Assembly (NCBI GenBank): GCA_030390025.1
Contig: JASTWF010000093.1
Span: 310,001 to 374,000, forward strand
Length of the DNA stretch: 64,000 bases
Direction of reading: 5' to 3'
Source of the DNA: Squalus acanthias
Taxonomy: Eukaryota
This document shows, piece by piece, positions 33,237 through 44,790 of the stretch. Both the position numbers and the translations under genes were made by a program. Each line of letters begins with the position of its first letter. Within the stretch, counting starts at the first letter, position 1. The notes below the pieces were generated by a model. The model searched no databases and was not told the origin of the DNA. It worked only from the letters and a program-made list of their open reading frames with translations.

Positions 33237-36200
33237 TTAAATTCTGAGAAGGCTGCTGCGAGCTCTTCCCGACGGTGGGAGGGCACTGACCCTTTCCTTT
33301 GATCTGCCGCAGCCTGTTGCTGTTGCGATGGGACCGGATCCTATCTGGGCTGCCTTAACCTTAAGTCTGCGCCTTGGGGCAGTCTGGGGACATGACCACA
33401 TCTTCCTGGGCTGGGGTGCCCGACCTGACCTACGAGGAGTTGTCGGGGGCATGAACCCCAGGACCAACGGACCGGGTTCCGAGACTTCCATCGGGACGAC
33501 CTGTGTTTCCACCACAGTCGCTGACTCCGCCTCCGCTGACTCCGCCTCCCTAACCTCGGGACTTGCAGCTTGTGGCTCCGCCCTGCTCGGCCCAGCAGGC
33601 GGCCCTTCACTCGCGATCCCTGCCTCCCCCGAGGGCGGGACATTCAAAGCGGGCGGCTCGGGCTCGGAGGTTCTCACCGTCACTCCCTGTGTTCCCACAG
33701 CGGCTGGCTCCGCCTCCCCTAGCTCCTCCCTCCTGTGTTCGGGACCTGCAGCTTGTGGCTCCGCCCTGTACGGATCTCCATCTGCAGTCCGTGTCCTCCC
33801 TATACCTAAAATGGGGACGCCCCTTACGTTCCCCAAAACCCACTCGCCTTCATCACTATCCTCATCTGACTCCCATCCCCACAAAAATGCTTCATGATCT
33901 TCCAGGATGTCTCCTCCCCTGATGCAAGCTGCTTTGCCTGCCTGTGTGCCTTGTGGTCCTACCTGGGGCTGCGCGTCCCCACTCGCGGGGTTTACCCCTG
34001 TGGTTTTCCCTTGTGCACCTGGCTTGTACAATTTGCACTGGTTTACGTGGAACCACTTAGTGCGCCGAGGTACCTTTACGGCGTATACCATGGGACTCGC
34101 CTTATCTACAATGTTGTAGGGTCCCATATACAGTGGTTCCAGACTCCCTACTCTGGCGTAGTTTCTGACCATGACCTGGTCTCCTACTTCCCACTCCCGC
34201 GTTTTGCGGGGTTCCAGCAACAGGCGATTGCCCTGATGCTGCCTTCCCATGTTCCCAGCCGCCTGCTCATAAACCTGCTTCAGGCGCTCCAAGAGGGTCT
34301 GGGCGAACTTGTCCCTGCTTATCTCTTGGAGCTGACCCTCAGTGAGCACCGGCGCTAGCACATGGGTGGGGGTTCGCATGAGCCTCCCAGTCATCACCTC
34401 GTGCGGGGAGTACCCCGTACTTTTCGACTGACTGGCCCGGACCCCCATGAGAACTAAAGGCAGAACTTCCGCCCATTTTTGGGGCGAGTTCCTAGTCTCT
34501 TTCCTCAATTTCTCCTTCAGGGTCCGGTTCATACGTTCAACAATCCCGGATGACTGGGGATTGTGTGCTACGTGCCACTTCCCTTCAATGCCCAAAAGCA
34601 TGAGGGTGTTCTGCATCACCTGGCCGGTGAAATGACTCCCTTGGTCTGACTCCACAAAACGGGGGAGTCCCCACCGCGAGAACACTTCCCTGACCAAGAT
34701 TTTTGCAGTACCCAGTGCCGTAGCTGTTCGACAAGGGAAGGCTTCCACCCATTTGGAAAACACATCCACCAAGATGAGGCAGTATTTATAGCCTCCCTGG
34801 GTGGTAGGCAGGGGCCCTATATAGTCGATCTGTATCGACTGCCATGGTCCCTCTACCCTTACGTGTCCCATGGGCACTTTCCTTTTCTGGGGGTCTGGGT
34901 TGTTTGCAGCGCACACAAGACAGTTTGCACAGAACTCGCGGACTTGTTCCCTGAGCCCTGGCCACCATCCCGCTTGCTCTACCCGTTGCCAGGTAACCTC
35001 GGGCCCGGGGTGCCCTGCCCCTGGTCCCTCGTGAGCCAACTGGAGGAATTCCCTCCTGTGCTGCTGCGGCACAACCCACTGCTCCTCGCGGAACAGCATG
35101 CCTTCCTTAACTGAGAGGGTTGCCGTACTGTACGGACCCTCTACCTGCTTCCCCTCAACAATGGTTTTTAGGACTGCTTTTAGGGCGGGATCCTGGGTTT
35201 GGACGGTCTTAAGGTCCAGGGGCAATGCTACCCTGGAGTCCCCGGGATTCCCGTCCCTGCCTTGGATCGCTGCCATGGGTCTGGTCCCATAGGGGTCCCA
35301 GAAAATGCCGTTGCGGGCACCTTCCCTGGCTAGCGCATCCGCCTGCTGGTTGCCCTCCCCACGGGGCTCTGTGGAGGAGTGAGCTTTCACCTTATGGATG
35401 AAAATCTCTCCTTCCTCCCCTACTGCTGCTAGGATCTTTTCCAGCAAGGGCTTCACCGTTAAAGGTCGCCCGTCCGCGGAGGTGTATCCACGGCGGGACC
35501 AAATGGCCAGGTATTCCGTACACGAATTGCAGGTGAACATACTGTCCGAGCAAATCGTGTATGGGGTTGGGAAAATGTCTGGGTGGGTAACAACGTACAC
35601 CACGGCAGACAGCTCAGCCTGCTGCGCGCTCATGGTGCTGGGGAGCTTGATCGCCAGGGCAAGGTTTGCCGCAGGGTCATAAACTCCACACCCTGTGAGT
35701 CGTTCGCCAGCAGATACTGTGCTAGACCCATCAACATAAATCTCGCGCCCAGTGGGATGTATTCCGGCCCGCAAACCCATGTTGACGTCCCACACCCCTT
35801 CCACCGAACACCGGTGGGCTGTACCGGGGTATACCAAATTGGCCGCAAGCCTGGGCTCGCAAAGACCTTTAACTCTAAGATCCATCTGGGAAAGAAGAAG
35901 GGTCCAGCGCGCAATACGCACGCCGCTTACGGTCCCATCTTTAATCCTCCCATCTAGAAGCATCTTAGTTGGCGTGTGATGGGTGAGGAGAGTGATGGGA
36001 GAGAGCCCTGTGAAGATCGCTGATCTTTTCACAGCCCAATGCGTGGCTAAAAGGTGCCTTTCGCAATTGGAGAAACTTCTCTCCACATCCGTTAACACCC
36101 TGGATGAATAGACAACCGGCCTCAGCTTGTCGTGACGCTCTTGGAGCAGCACAGCGCTCAAACTGTCCCCGCTGGCAGCTACCTCCAGGAAAAACTCCTT

Positions 36201-37100
36201 CCCCCCATCTATGGCCCCTAAGGCTGGCGCAGTCTGCAGATCCCTTTTTAACTTCTCGAAGGCTGCTTGGCAGCCCTCGTCCCAAGACCACTCCACTCCC
36301 TTATGGAGGAGTCGGAGCAGCGGCGCCGCTGTGGCCGCATAGTCTTCGATAAAATCCCTGCAGTAACCGGTCAGTCCCAAGAAGGACCTCACACCCCTTA
36401 TGTTGTTGGGAATCGGTAACTCTTGCACCGACTCCCTCTTAGCTTTGTCTATGGCTCTTTCCCCAGCGCGAATGGTCAGTCCCAGGAATTTTACTTCCTG
36501 CTGACCGATACGTGCTTTCTTAGGATTTATTTTAAAACCCTTTCTCGCTAGCAGCTCCAATAACTCGTCCAGCAGTGGTCCATGCTCCTCCCTTGAATCC
36601 GTAAATAGGAGCAAATCATCCACGTACTGCACTATCTGATTGGGCTGACTAAACTCCTTTAAACTTCCTGCCATTCACTGATGGAAAATACTGGGGCTAT
36701 TGTGGAAACCCTGTGGCAGACAGTTCCATGTGTACTGTTGTCCTTTGAAAGTAAAGGCAAACTTGTACTGGTCCTCTCGCCGCAGCGGGATAGACCAAAA
36801 ACCGTTCGAGATATCCAGCACCGTGAACGTGGTCACGGACGCTGGGATACTCCCTATTAGGTCAGCAACTGCTGCTACCATGGGCGCGCAGGCGGGAATG
36901 TTACTGTTAAGGACTCTGTAGTCCACCACGAATTATCCGGCTTCCTAACCGGCCATAACGGGGAGTTCACGTGTGTGGCTATCGGCCTCAACACGCCCTG
37001 TTGCACCAAGGAGGACATTGCTGTCTCCATATCGGGTTCTGCTTCTTTGGGGAAGTTATACTGCTTTTGGGGCCGGGTCATGGGGTCCCCATCTACGCTG
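33237..37100 (-). pseudogene. pol: pol (RT, degenerate RNase H tether, RNase H, integrase), disabled
   Basis: NSPLWPVRKPD, LDISNGFWSIP, LPQGFHNSP and YVDD; tether EVAASG..CERHLLA..LTHH; second RNase H YVDGSS..AQQAEL..SDS..GNQQAD; integrase HHCC, IDYIGP, SDQG, VERMNRTLK and GPY. Frameshift near 36930, TGA at 36675, protease absent. Confidence 0.92.
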
Positions 37101-38322
37101 ACAGAAAGCAAAGAGTTGGGATAAATGGTTCATTCTCAGACTGGCAATCAGTAACTAGTGGTGTTCCACAGGGGTCAGTGCTGGGTCCCCAACTCTTCAC
37201 AATCTATATTAACGATTTGGAGGAAGGGACCAAGTGTAACATATCAAAATTTGCAGATGATACAAAGATGGGAGGGAAAGTAGTGAGTGAGGAGGACATA
37301 AAAAACCTGCAAGGGGACATAGACAGGCTAAGTAAGTGGGCAGAGATTTGGCAGATGGAATACAACACTGGAAAGTGTGAGGTGATGCACTTTGGCAGGA
37401 AAAATCCTAGAGCAATTTATTATCTTAATGGCAAGAAACTGGAGAGTACTGAAGTGCAAAGGGATCTGGGGGTCCTGGTGCACGAAACTCAAAAGGTTAG
37501 TATGCAGGTGCAGCAAGTGATTAAGAAGGCAAATGGAATGTTGGCTTTCATTGCTAGGGGGATAGAATATAAAAATAGGGAGGTATTGCTTCAGTTGTAC
37601 AAGGTATTGGTGAGACCGCACCTGGAATACTGCATACAGTTTTGGTGTCCTTACTTAAGGAAAGACATCCTTGCTCTCGAGGCAGTGCAAAAAAGGTTCA
37701 CTTGGTTAATCCCGGGGATGAGGGGGTGGTCATATGAGGAGAGGTTGGGTAGATTGGGACTCTACTCATTGGAGTTCAGAAGAATGAGAGGCGATCTTAT
37801 TGAAACATATAAGATTGTGAAGGGGTTGGATCGGGTGGATGCGGGGAGGATGTTCCCGATGACGGGTGAGACGAGAACTAGGGGACATAGTCTTAGAATA
37901 AGGGGCTGCTCTTTCAAAACTGAGATGAGGAGGAACTACTTCACTCAGAGGGTGGTAGGTCCATGGAATATGCTGCCACAAAAAGCTGTAGAAGCTACAA
38001 CATTAATTAAATTTAAAACAGAAATAGACAGTTTCCTAGAAGTAAAGGGCATTAAGGGTTACGGGGAGCGGGCAGGAATTTGGACATGAGTCTAGGTTCG
38101 GATCGGTCATGGCCCTGTGGGTAGTGGAGTGGGCCCAGGGACTGTGTAGCCTGATTCTGCTCCTATTTCGTGTGTGCAATTCTGTTAGATGCAGGAGATG
38201 GTTCTGTGATAGATAGTAGATTGGCGGTTAGGATCAGATCAGCCATGATCTTATTGAATGGCGGAGCAGGCTCGAGGGGCCGATTGGCCTACTCCTGCTC
38301 CTATTTCTTATGTTCTTATGTG
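37097..38322 (+). mobile_element. CR1 3' end (open RT C-terminus to 38089 plus a doubled tail) inside the ERV pol region
   Basis: GVPQGSVLGP, KFADDTK and LVRPHLEYC; tail ends CCTATTTCTTATGTTCTTATG. Confidence 0.9.
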
Positions 38323-38329
38323 TGCCTTC

Positions 38330-39655
38330 AATTTAAGAGCTCCCTCTGCTCAGGGGAAAACAAAAACAAAAAACAACCGAGGCCATTAACACCTTCAGGC
38401 CTGTGACTTGGGGTGAGTGTAGCCCTTAAAGACCAACCCATCATGGCGACCACATCTTCGCCGGTGGCGGGGGCAGCGAGGACATACGCGAGCGTGGCAG
38501 CCGCGGCCACGGCCGCAGCCACGAGTCCTCCTGTTACCCCGTCACCTTTTACCCTCCTTACGAGGAAGAATGGGGTCAAGAGCTACACTCACCCCAATAT
38601 GACAATAGAGGCGTGCGTAAAAGCCATGGCTGGGGTTGTCGGCCCTTCAGCCATCGTCGCCGCCTCTAAAATGTACGGCAAGGCTGTGTTCTTCCTGGGG
38701 TCGGAGCGGGCGGTGTCCCTGGCCATCGAGAAGGGGCTCACCGTGGGCGGGACCTTCCTGCCGGTGGACCCCCTTGAGGCCACCGCGCAAAGGATTGTGG
38801 TTTCCAACGTCCCGCCCTTTGTTCCGGGTGAGCTCCTCCTCCCCCACCTACGTCAACTGGGGGAGGTGAGGTCGGGGATCACACCCATCCCGCTCGGCTT
38901 CCGGGAAGCCAGCCTTCGGCACGTCTTCTCCTTCCGGCGCCAGCTTTTCGTCCGGCTGGCGCGGGAGGAGGACGCGGATGGCGCGTTCACGGTGCTCCAC
39001 GGGGGGACCGCCCACCGCGTCTTCTGGACCTCGGACGGCGTGCGGTGCTACGCCTGTAAGGAGGTGGGGCACGTCCGCAAAAACTGCCCCGCCTCCAAGG
39101 CCGCCACGACACCTGGCGCGGCCAGGGCTGGCGCCGCCGCCCCCCCTCCCCCTGATACTGTCCGCGCGTCGACGGCGACGGATGCGCGGTCGAAATCGGA
39201 GGCCAACACCACCACGGCCTCCGGCGGGGGGGAGGGAGAGAGTCCGGGGGGAAGGAAGGCGCGTAGGAAAAATAAACACCTAAGGGCGGATCCCCTCGTG
39301 GAGGAAACATCCGAGTTGACCGAACTCACGCCCGAGTACATCGCGGAGTTGATCGGGACGCATGAGACTGGGGGGGTCCTCGTGCCCGGGCCCGTGACCG
39401 TGACCGCAACTGCTGAGGCAGCTAAATCAAGACCTGCGGCCGGGCTCGGGCCCGAGGGGCCCAAGAAACCCAGTCGTCGGAAGGGGGCAGAGAGGGAGGC
39501 CCCAGCAGACATGGAGGCCTCCCCCTCTCCGGGCCCCAATATGTTAAAAAGAAAGCTAGACCCCCAGGAGGAGGACTGCGAGGAGGAAGGTCCCTCCGCA
39601 GAGGGGGAGTCGTCGCCCGCCGCGGGTGCTGCGCCCCACCCCACCACCGTCATCG
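38330..39655 (+). mobile_element. 5' part of a Tx1/L1-clade LINE: 5' UTR plus ORF1 (ATG 38443), 3'-truncated, inside the ERV
   Basis: RTYASVA, VGPSAIVAASKMYGKAVFFL, VVSNVPPFV, HVFSFRRQ and the CYACKEVGHVRKNCP zinc knuckle match Tx1-type ORF1; no ORF2 or tail follows. Confidence 0.82.
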
Positions 39656-39699
39656 TCATAGCTGAGCGGACACAGGTAGACGGGCTGCGCGGGCTCTAG

Positions 39700-41508
39700 T
39701 CATTGGGTACTATTAGACGGTCCTGCGGCACCTACGGGACCGGTAGCAACCGCCACCTTTCCATGTGCACTCAATAATTTGTGCATGGCTCCCAACACTA
39801 ATTCGAGGTCGTCGGGAGGGGTGGGTGCACTAGCTTCCCTAGCAGGGACAGGCGTCTGGGCTCGGGCTGCGGGAATTTTATCCCTGGAATCCTTCCAAGG
39901 GTTCCTGCAGTTCTTGCGCCAGTGCCCTGTCTTCCCACACCCGTAACAAGCATTACTTGCCTGCGGGGCGCGATTAACCTCCTGATGCCACTCCCTTTGA
40001 TACGGGGCTGCGGGTCGTACCTCATGTACTTTTCCCTTAAGGGGACGTGTTCCCATACCCCTTATATTGCGATATCCTAACGTGAGTCGATTCAAGACCG
40101 ACTCTTCCGTAATGTTGGGGTCATAGGGATCAAACCACGCTTTTGCCTGCTCTCTGACGGCTGGTAAACTGTTGGCTACTATGCACCTAAGCCAATGATT
40201 TAAACCGGCGCCGTCCATATCGTCGCGCTCTAGCGCACCTAGACAGCTGCGCTGATATACTGGCCACAGCCTGTCGGCAAAAACCTTCGGGGGTTCTCCC
40301 TCCATCTGCACTGTCTGTCCCACTCTAGCAAACGGACCTTCATCGTCCGCCCCCAACACTTCCAGGACCTCATTCTTTAATGCCTCATAAGTCTTGGTTC
40401 CCCTCTTGCTCTCGCCCGAGAGACACTGAAGGATTGAACTGCCTAACGAAAACAACAGCATTTTTGCTGTTTCCCCATCATCGCAGCCGTTAATGGCTGC
40501 GGTTTGCTCAACTTCTCTGAAATGTACGGAAGGGTCGTCTAACTCGGTCAGCTTCCGTACATGATTTATCATAACTCTCAGCTGGTGTGAGCTGTGAGGC
40601 AACACAAGCTGGCCGAGGAGATCCCCTGGTTCCTCCCCACCGTTTCTGTTTGGGCCCCTTTTTATACCCGTTACTGGATACAACGGTCCCTTTTCCACTT
40701 CTTTCTCAATGGGCTCTTTTGTTTCTTCCACTACTTCCTCCCTTACCCAGGTTTCCGAATAGCTGGGTGGCGCGGCGGGCGCAGTGGCTAATACTTCCTC
40801 TGCTTTACTTGGTGGGGACTTCAGAAACTCCTCTTTTACTAGCGGCTGGTGTGCTGACGGACTGATAAGGCACACCATGCCGTGTGCTTTGTTCACGGCC
40901 TTTTTGAGGTGCTCTATCTCTTTTTGGCAGGCGCTATGATCGGCCCCCTGAAACTTATCCTCAAGGGCCAACTTATATGCCGCCCTAACCCCCGTTAAGC
41001 TCTCTTCCTGAGTTCTTATCTGGGCAGCTTGGCGGGCACATCGTTCCTTTAATCTGCCCTCACTTAACTTAGCCTCAGTGACCTGGCACTCGAGGTAATC
41101 TATCCTTGTTTTATGGTGACTGGAGATTTCCTGGCGTTCTTGGTGCAGCGCACTTAAATTCCTAATGAGCAATTCCCCTCCAGAGACCTTCTCATCCATT
41201 TCACCCTCTAAATGACTGATTCGAGCTGTTAGCGCTGTAATGACCTGGTTTGAAATCTGGACCTGCCTTTTGTAACACATTAGCCAGACTGCTTTCTTGA
41301 TTGTCTTTTTATGTTCTTTACTATCTGTCCACCTTTCGGCTGCCTCTAGTGGACTCTTATCCGCTAACAATTCACTTATCCATTTCTTAGTTAGATTAAC
41401 CTTTCCGAACACATAATCTGCTATCTTTTCCTGCATAACATTTCGTACAGTCACACCAAAGTCTAACACACTACCCTCTCGCTGCCAGTGTCCTGCCGCG
41501 GTCGCCAT
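39700..41508 (-). CDS. gag: Gag, intact (602 aa): N-terminal coiled coil, PPSY late-domain motif, capsid-like region, one CCHC knuckle
   Basis: PPSY at 40759-40770; CYGCGKTGHWRKNC at 39907-39948; positioned directly after the 5' LTR and PBS. Confidence 0.9.
   Translation of the reverse strand: MATAAGHWQREGSVLDFGVTVRNVMQEKIADYVFGKVNLTKKWISELLADKSPLEAAERWTDSKEHKKTIKKAVWLMCYKRQVQISNQVITALTARISHLEGEMDEKVSGGELLIRNLSALHQERQEISSHHKTRIDYLECQVTEAKLSEGRLKERCARQAAQIRTQEESLTGVRAAYKLALEDKFQGADHSACQKEIEHLKKAVNKAHGMVCLISPSAHQPLVKEEFLKSPPSKAEEVLATAPAAPPSYSETWVREEVVEETKEPIEKEVEKGPLYPVTGIKRGPNRNGGEEPGDLLGQLVLPHSSHQLRVMINHVRKLTELDDPSVHFREVEQTAAINGCDDGETAKMLLFSLGSSILQCLSGESKRGTKTYEALKNEVLEVLGADDEGPFARVGQTVQMEGEPPKVFADRLWPVYQRSCLGALERDDMDGAGLNHWLRCIVANSLPAVREQAKAWFDPYDPNITEESVLNRLTLGYRNIRGMGTRPLKGKVHEVRPAAPYQREWHQEVNRAPQASNACYGCGKTGHWRKNCRNPWKDSRDKIPAARAQTPVPAREASAPTPPDDLELVLGAMHKLLSAHGKVAVATGPVGAAGPSNSTQ
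41490..41507 (-). promoter_or_regulatory. Primer-binding site, tRNA-Arg(TCG)
   Basis: TGGCGACCGCGGCAGGAC is complementary to the 3' 18 nt (GTCCTGCCGCGGTCG-CCA) of vertebrate tRNA-Arg-TCG as I recall it; 5 nt from the LTR end. Confidence 0.85.
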
Positions 41509-41512
41509 TTTC

Positions 41513-43202
41513 TGTAAGGGTTTGCGAGCGTGTCTCTCCGCCTGTGAGATTTGCGTGGCTCTGTGCAGCCTGTATGTCAGTGCGGGTTTAGGCCTTGTTG
41601 CCTGTTCTGGTCTCCAGCCAGTCTGGGAACACTAGACACACCTGTGAGTGGTTCGAATCACTCGCCCTTACGGTTCTAGACACTGGACTTAGATGCGAGA
41701 GCAGTAATGGAGATGAAACTCATGTAGACTCGGTTGAATGGTACGAAATGGAAAATCTTTATTGCATGATATTTAAGATTACGAAATACATGTCATAAGC
41801 ACAGATTAATGACGGTACAATCTTACACGCCGTTATGTAACTAATTCTAGGGAAACGAGGAACGAACGACACACCGTAAATGGGGGCACACATTACAATT
41901 ATCCTTAGTACTTAAACCCTCCCCTATCAATATCTGTCCTAGCTAGATTCGTAGGATTCGAGACTCATGCTCACCACTCGTGATAACTCGGAGAAATTCC
42001 GAATAGCTGATCGGATGTTTTCACCGCAGCACCCACGTGTCGATCAGGGGGTCTCCTGGCCCCACTTGTTTACTTGCTTCTGCTCCGGCTAGCAGGCTGG
42101 AACGTCTGTTGTTATGAAGATCTGTGTTTGTGGGTTTCACGTACCAGTCAACACTTAAGAGAATAATCTCTCGGTGTCCGTCATGAGGATCTGCCCTGAT
42201 GGGTTTCACAGACCAGTCAATACCTCAAAGAAGAATCTTCCGGGGTCCGTTCTTTAAAGTTCAAAGAAGTCTTCCTGGCAAGGAAAAATGTCTATTCGAC
42301 CTACAGGCGCGGTCGGGGCTTACTGACCGTGGCGATAAGTATGGTCTTCGTCTCTTCTCATCTCATCTCATCTCTTCTCGGGCCTTTGGTTCCGATGCCG
42401 GTTACCAACACAGGTCTTCGTGACACGACACGAGGTAGATCCGAACGGATCACAAAGTTCAACAGTCTTTTAAAAGAGACACCAGGCAAACAGGAACAAG
42501 ACGGCGAGTCAAGAACACAGGAGCAGCCACGAGGATGAACACCAGCAAGATAAGAGGATAAGAGCATAAGAGAGAGATGGACGGTTGGAGCTTGTAATTA
42601 TAGTACAAAATCTTCCGTTTCCCGCCCAACCTTAATGTCTTTTCTTTTGTTAGGGTTTGGCGCTCAAATGTCTTGTATAGGTGATCTCCGTTTTTAATGG
42701 GTTTCGGGGCTACTCGTAAATGTCTGAGTACCTGTTAATATTTCTCCTATTGTTTAATCGGTCGGTAGTCTCCCTGGAGGGGTTTTGGGGCCTCCAAGTG
42801 TTTTCTGTAACTACCCGCTAACGGCTCTCTCATCGTAGAGTCGTTGGGATTTTACATATTAATGTCTTTGGATGGGTTCTTGATTACTGGGTACAATAGC
42901 CTTTATTCGTACCTGGGAGACCGATTCCAGTATCTATGTGTATACTGCAAACCCAAGATGTCTCGTGTATTATCTTCGATGTGCTGAATCTTAATCGATC
43001 TTGCACAAATGTTTATTGGAACGCCATCTTGTCTGCCTGTCGAAAAGTCTAGAATGTTCCGCCACGAGGTGCGGCGGCCATTTTACAAGCTGCTTGTGTC
43101 CACTTTGAAACCTGACAGCATTCTGCTGAAATAAAAGCTGTTTGAACGAAACTATGTGTTTTCTCCTTATTAATAAAATCGCGATATATTGCGAATTCTA
43201 CA
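41513..43202 (-). repeat. 5' LTR (1690 bp)
   Basis: Direct repeat of 28453-30142; followed on the minus strand by the PBS. Confidence 0.96.
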
Positions 43203-43344
43203 CAGTTCAGAGTACGACTTTGGGAGTGAGACACATGGGAAGAATCAGCCAGTCTGTCGGCGGGAAAGAGAAAAATATGATTTTAAAAAAGCAAGTTTAA
43301 CTGTGACAGAAAGTCATTACAGACAGGACAGAAATGGAAAAAAT

Positions 43345-43670
43345 AGAAAAAGAAAGACTCGCATTTCTACAGTGTCTTTCACGACCACCTAACGTCCCAA
43401 AGCACTTTACAGCCAATGAAGTACTTTTTGAAGTGTAGTCACTGTTGTAGTGTGGGAAATGCGGCAGCCAATTTGCACACAGCAAGCTCCCACAAACAGC
43501 AATGTGATAATGACAAGATAATCTGTTTTTTAGTGATGTTGATTGAGGGATAAACATTTGCCAAGACACCGGGGATAACTCCCTTGCTCTTCTTCGAAAT
43601 GGTGCCGTGGGATCTTTTACATCCACCTGAGAGAGCAGACGGGGCCTCGGTTTAACGTCTCATCCGAAAG
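43345..43670 (-). mobile_element. Deu-domain SINE, headless copy
   Basis: Same family as 27405-27885. Confidence 0.75.
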
Positions 43671-44659
43671 TGACCGGAAAATGTCCTGCGAAGTCAATGT
43701 TACATTTACAAGAAACATGTCACATGACTTTTAGTAAGCTCAGGATCAAAAAGAGTGAGACCGCTTGTAAACCCAATTAAACTTGTGGGGCTGTCTGTAT
43801 TCTTAAGAATGAGATGAAGTAGAGTCTGTATTTGAAAGGGGTGAAACATGAGATAGAAATGGAATGCATTCCAGGGAGCAGCAGATTGCACAACACAAGA
43901 CATTTGTATCACGATCATCGTAAACCCCGCCTTTGGTGTTTGTTGCTTTTCTTGGATTTTGTATAACCCACTGGCCTTTGAAATGTAATATATACGCATA
44001 CCGATTGTTGATTCTCACTCAGTACTTGCAGTGTTTAATCCTTCAGGGAAGAAACTCTCAGCAATGCAGCGTGGAGGGTACATCAGTGTTTTCATCTGTT
44101 GGCAAAGAAGTGGACGCTCAAAGAAATAAAAGCACCCCCTTGAAGTCTGCAGTTCAAATATCACAAAACATACTGGTACATAGCAACGATTTGAAGGCTG
44201 AAAGTCATCTCAGAGTTATACACCACTCAAGCTTCACTCTGGTAGTTTATGACATCATCTGAACCCCTCTATGAGTTTACTGCCATGTAATTACTTCCAG
44301 CTCTCCACTACCTAACATGTGCTGGACACAGGACCTCCCCAGTGCCTCAGTCTCCAAGCACTTTTTGTAGCGCTGAGCTGTGCAAATTAAAGAAGCCCCC
44401 AAGGTTGATGGTTTTGAGGTTCTTGCTGAAACAATCAACAGGAATGGATGCAACTGACCTCAGCTTCCTGGGCAATCGGAGCAAAAGAGAAACATCCGAG
44501 ATTCCCATTCCTGATCCCTCCTGCAGTGCGTGCAGATGCCCGATAAGGGTAGCGTTGGGCTTACCCCACAGTCGAATAGTTTACCGGCAGTCGCTGCACA
44601 AAAAGAATAGGCACTTGGACAACAACAACCTGCATTTCTGTAGTGCCCCTCACATACAG

Positions 44660-44790
44660 GGTCGGCCGTGGCTCAGTGGGTAGCACTCTTGTGTCTGGGT
44701 CAGAAGGTTGTGGGTTCCAAGTCCCTCTCGAGACTTGAGCACAAAAACTTAGGCTGATGCTTTGATGCTGCACTGACACTGCCTTCATTT
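44660..44790 (+). mobile_element. tRNA-derived SINE head fragment
   Basis: GTGGCTCAGTGGGTAGCAC..GGGTTCCAAGTCCC matches the head of 27405-27885. Confidence 0.6.

Larger units (their letters stand above)
28453..43202 (-). mobile_element. Endogenous retrovirus (lokiretrovirus-like), LTR-gag-pol-env-LTR, 14750 bp
   Basis: Paired 1690-bp LTRs with TG..CA ends; TSD CAGT at 28449-28452 and 43203-43206; PBS, PPT, gag, dual-RNase H pol and env. Confidence 0.95.

Noticed and set aside
33328-33897. 189-aa antisense ORF over the pol tail
   Set aside because: GC-rich low-complexity shadow frame with no independent evidence.
36971-38089. 372-aa plus-strand ORF as a standalone gene
   Set aside because: Chimera of antisense ERV sequence and a CR1 RT C-terminus.
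44057-44098. Possible terminal exon (DENTDVPSTLHC*) on the minus strand after a polypyrimidine-CAG
   Set aside because: Too short, no homology support, and about 10 kb from the nearest exon.
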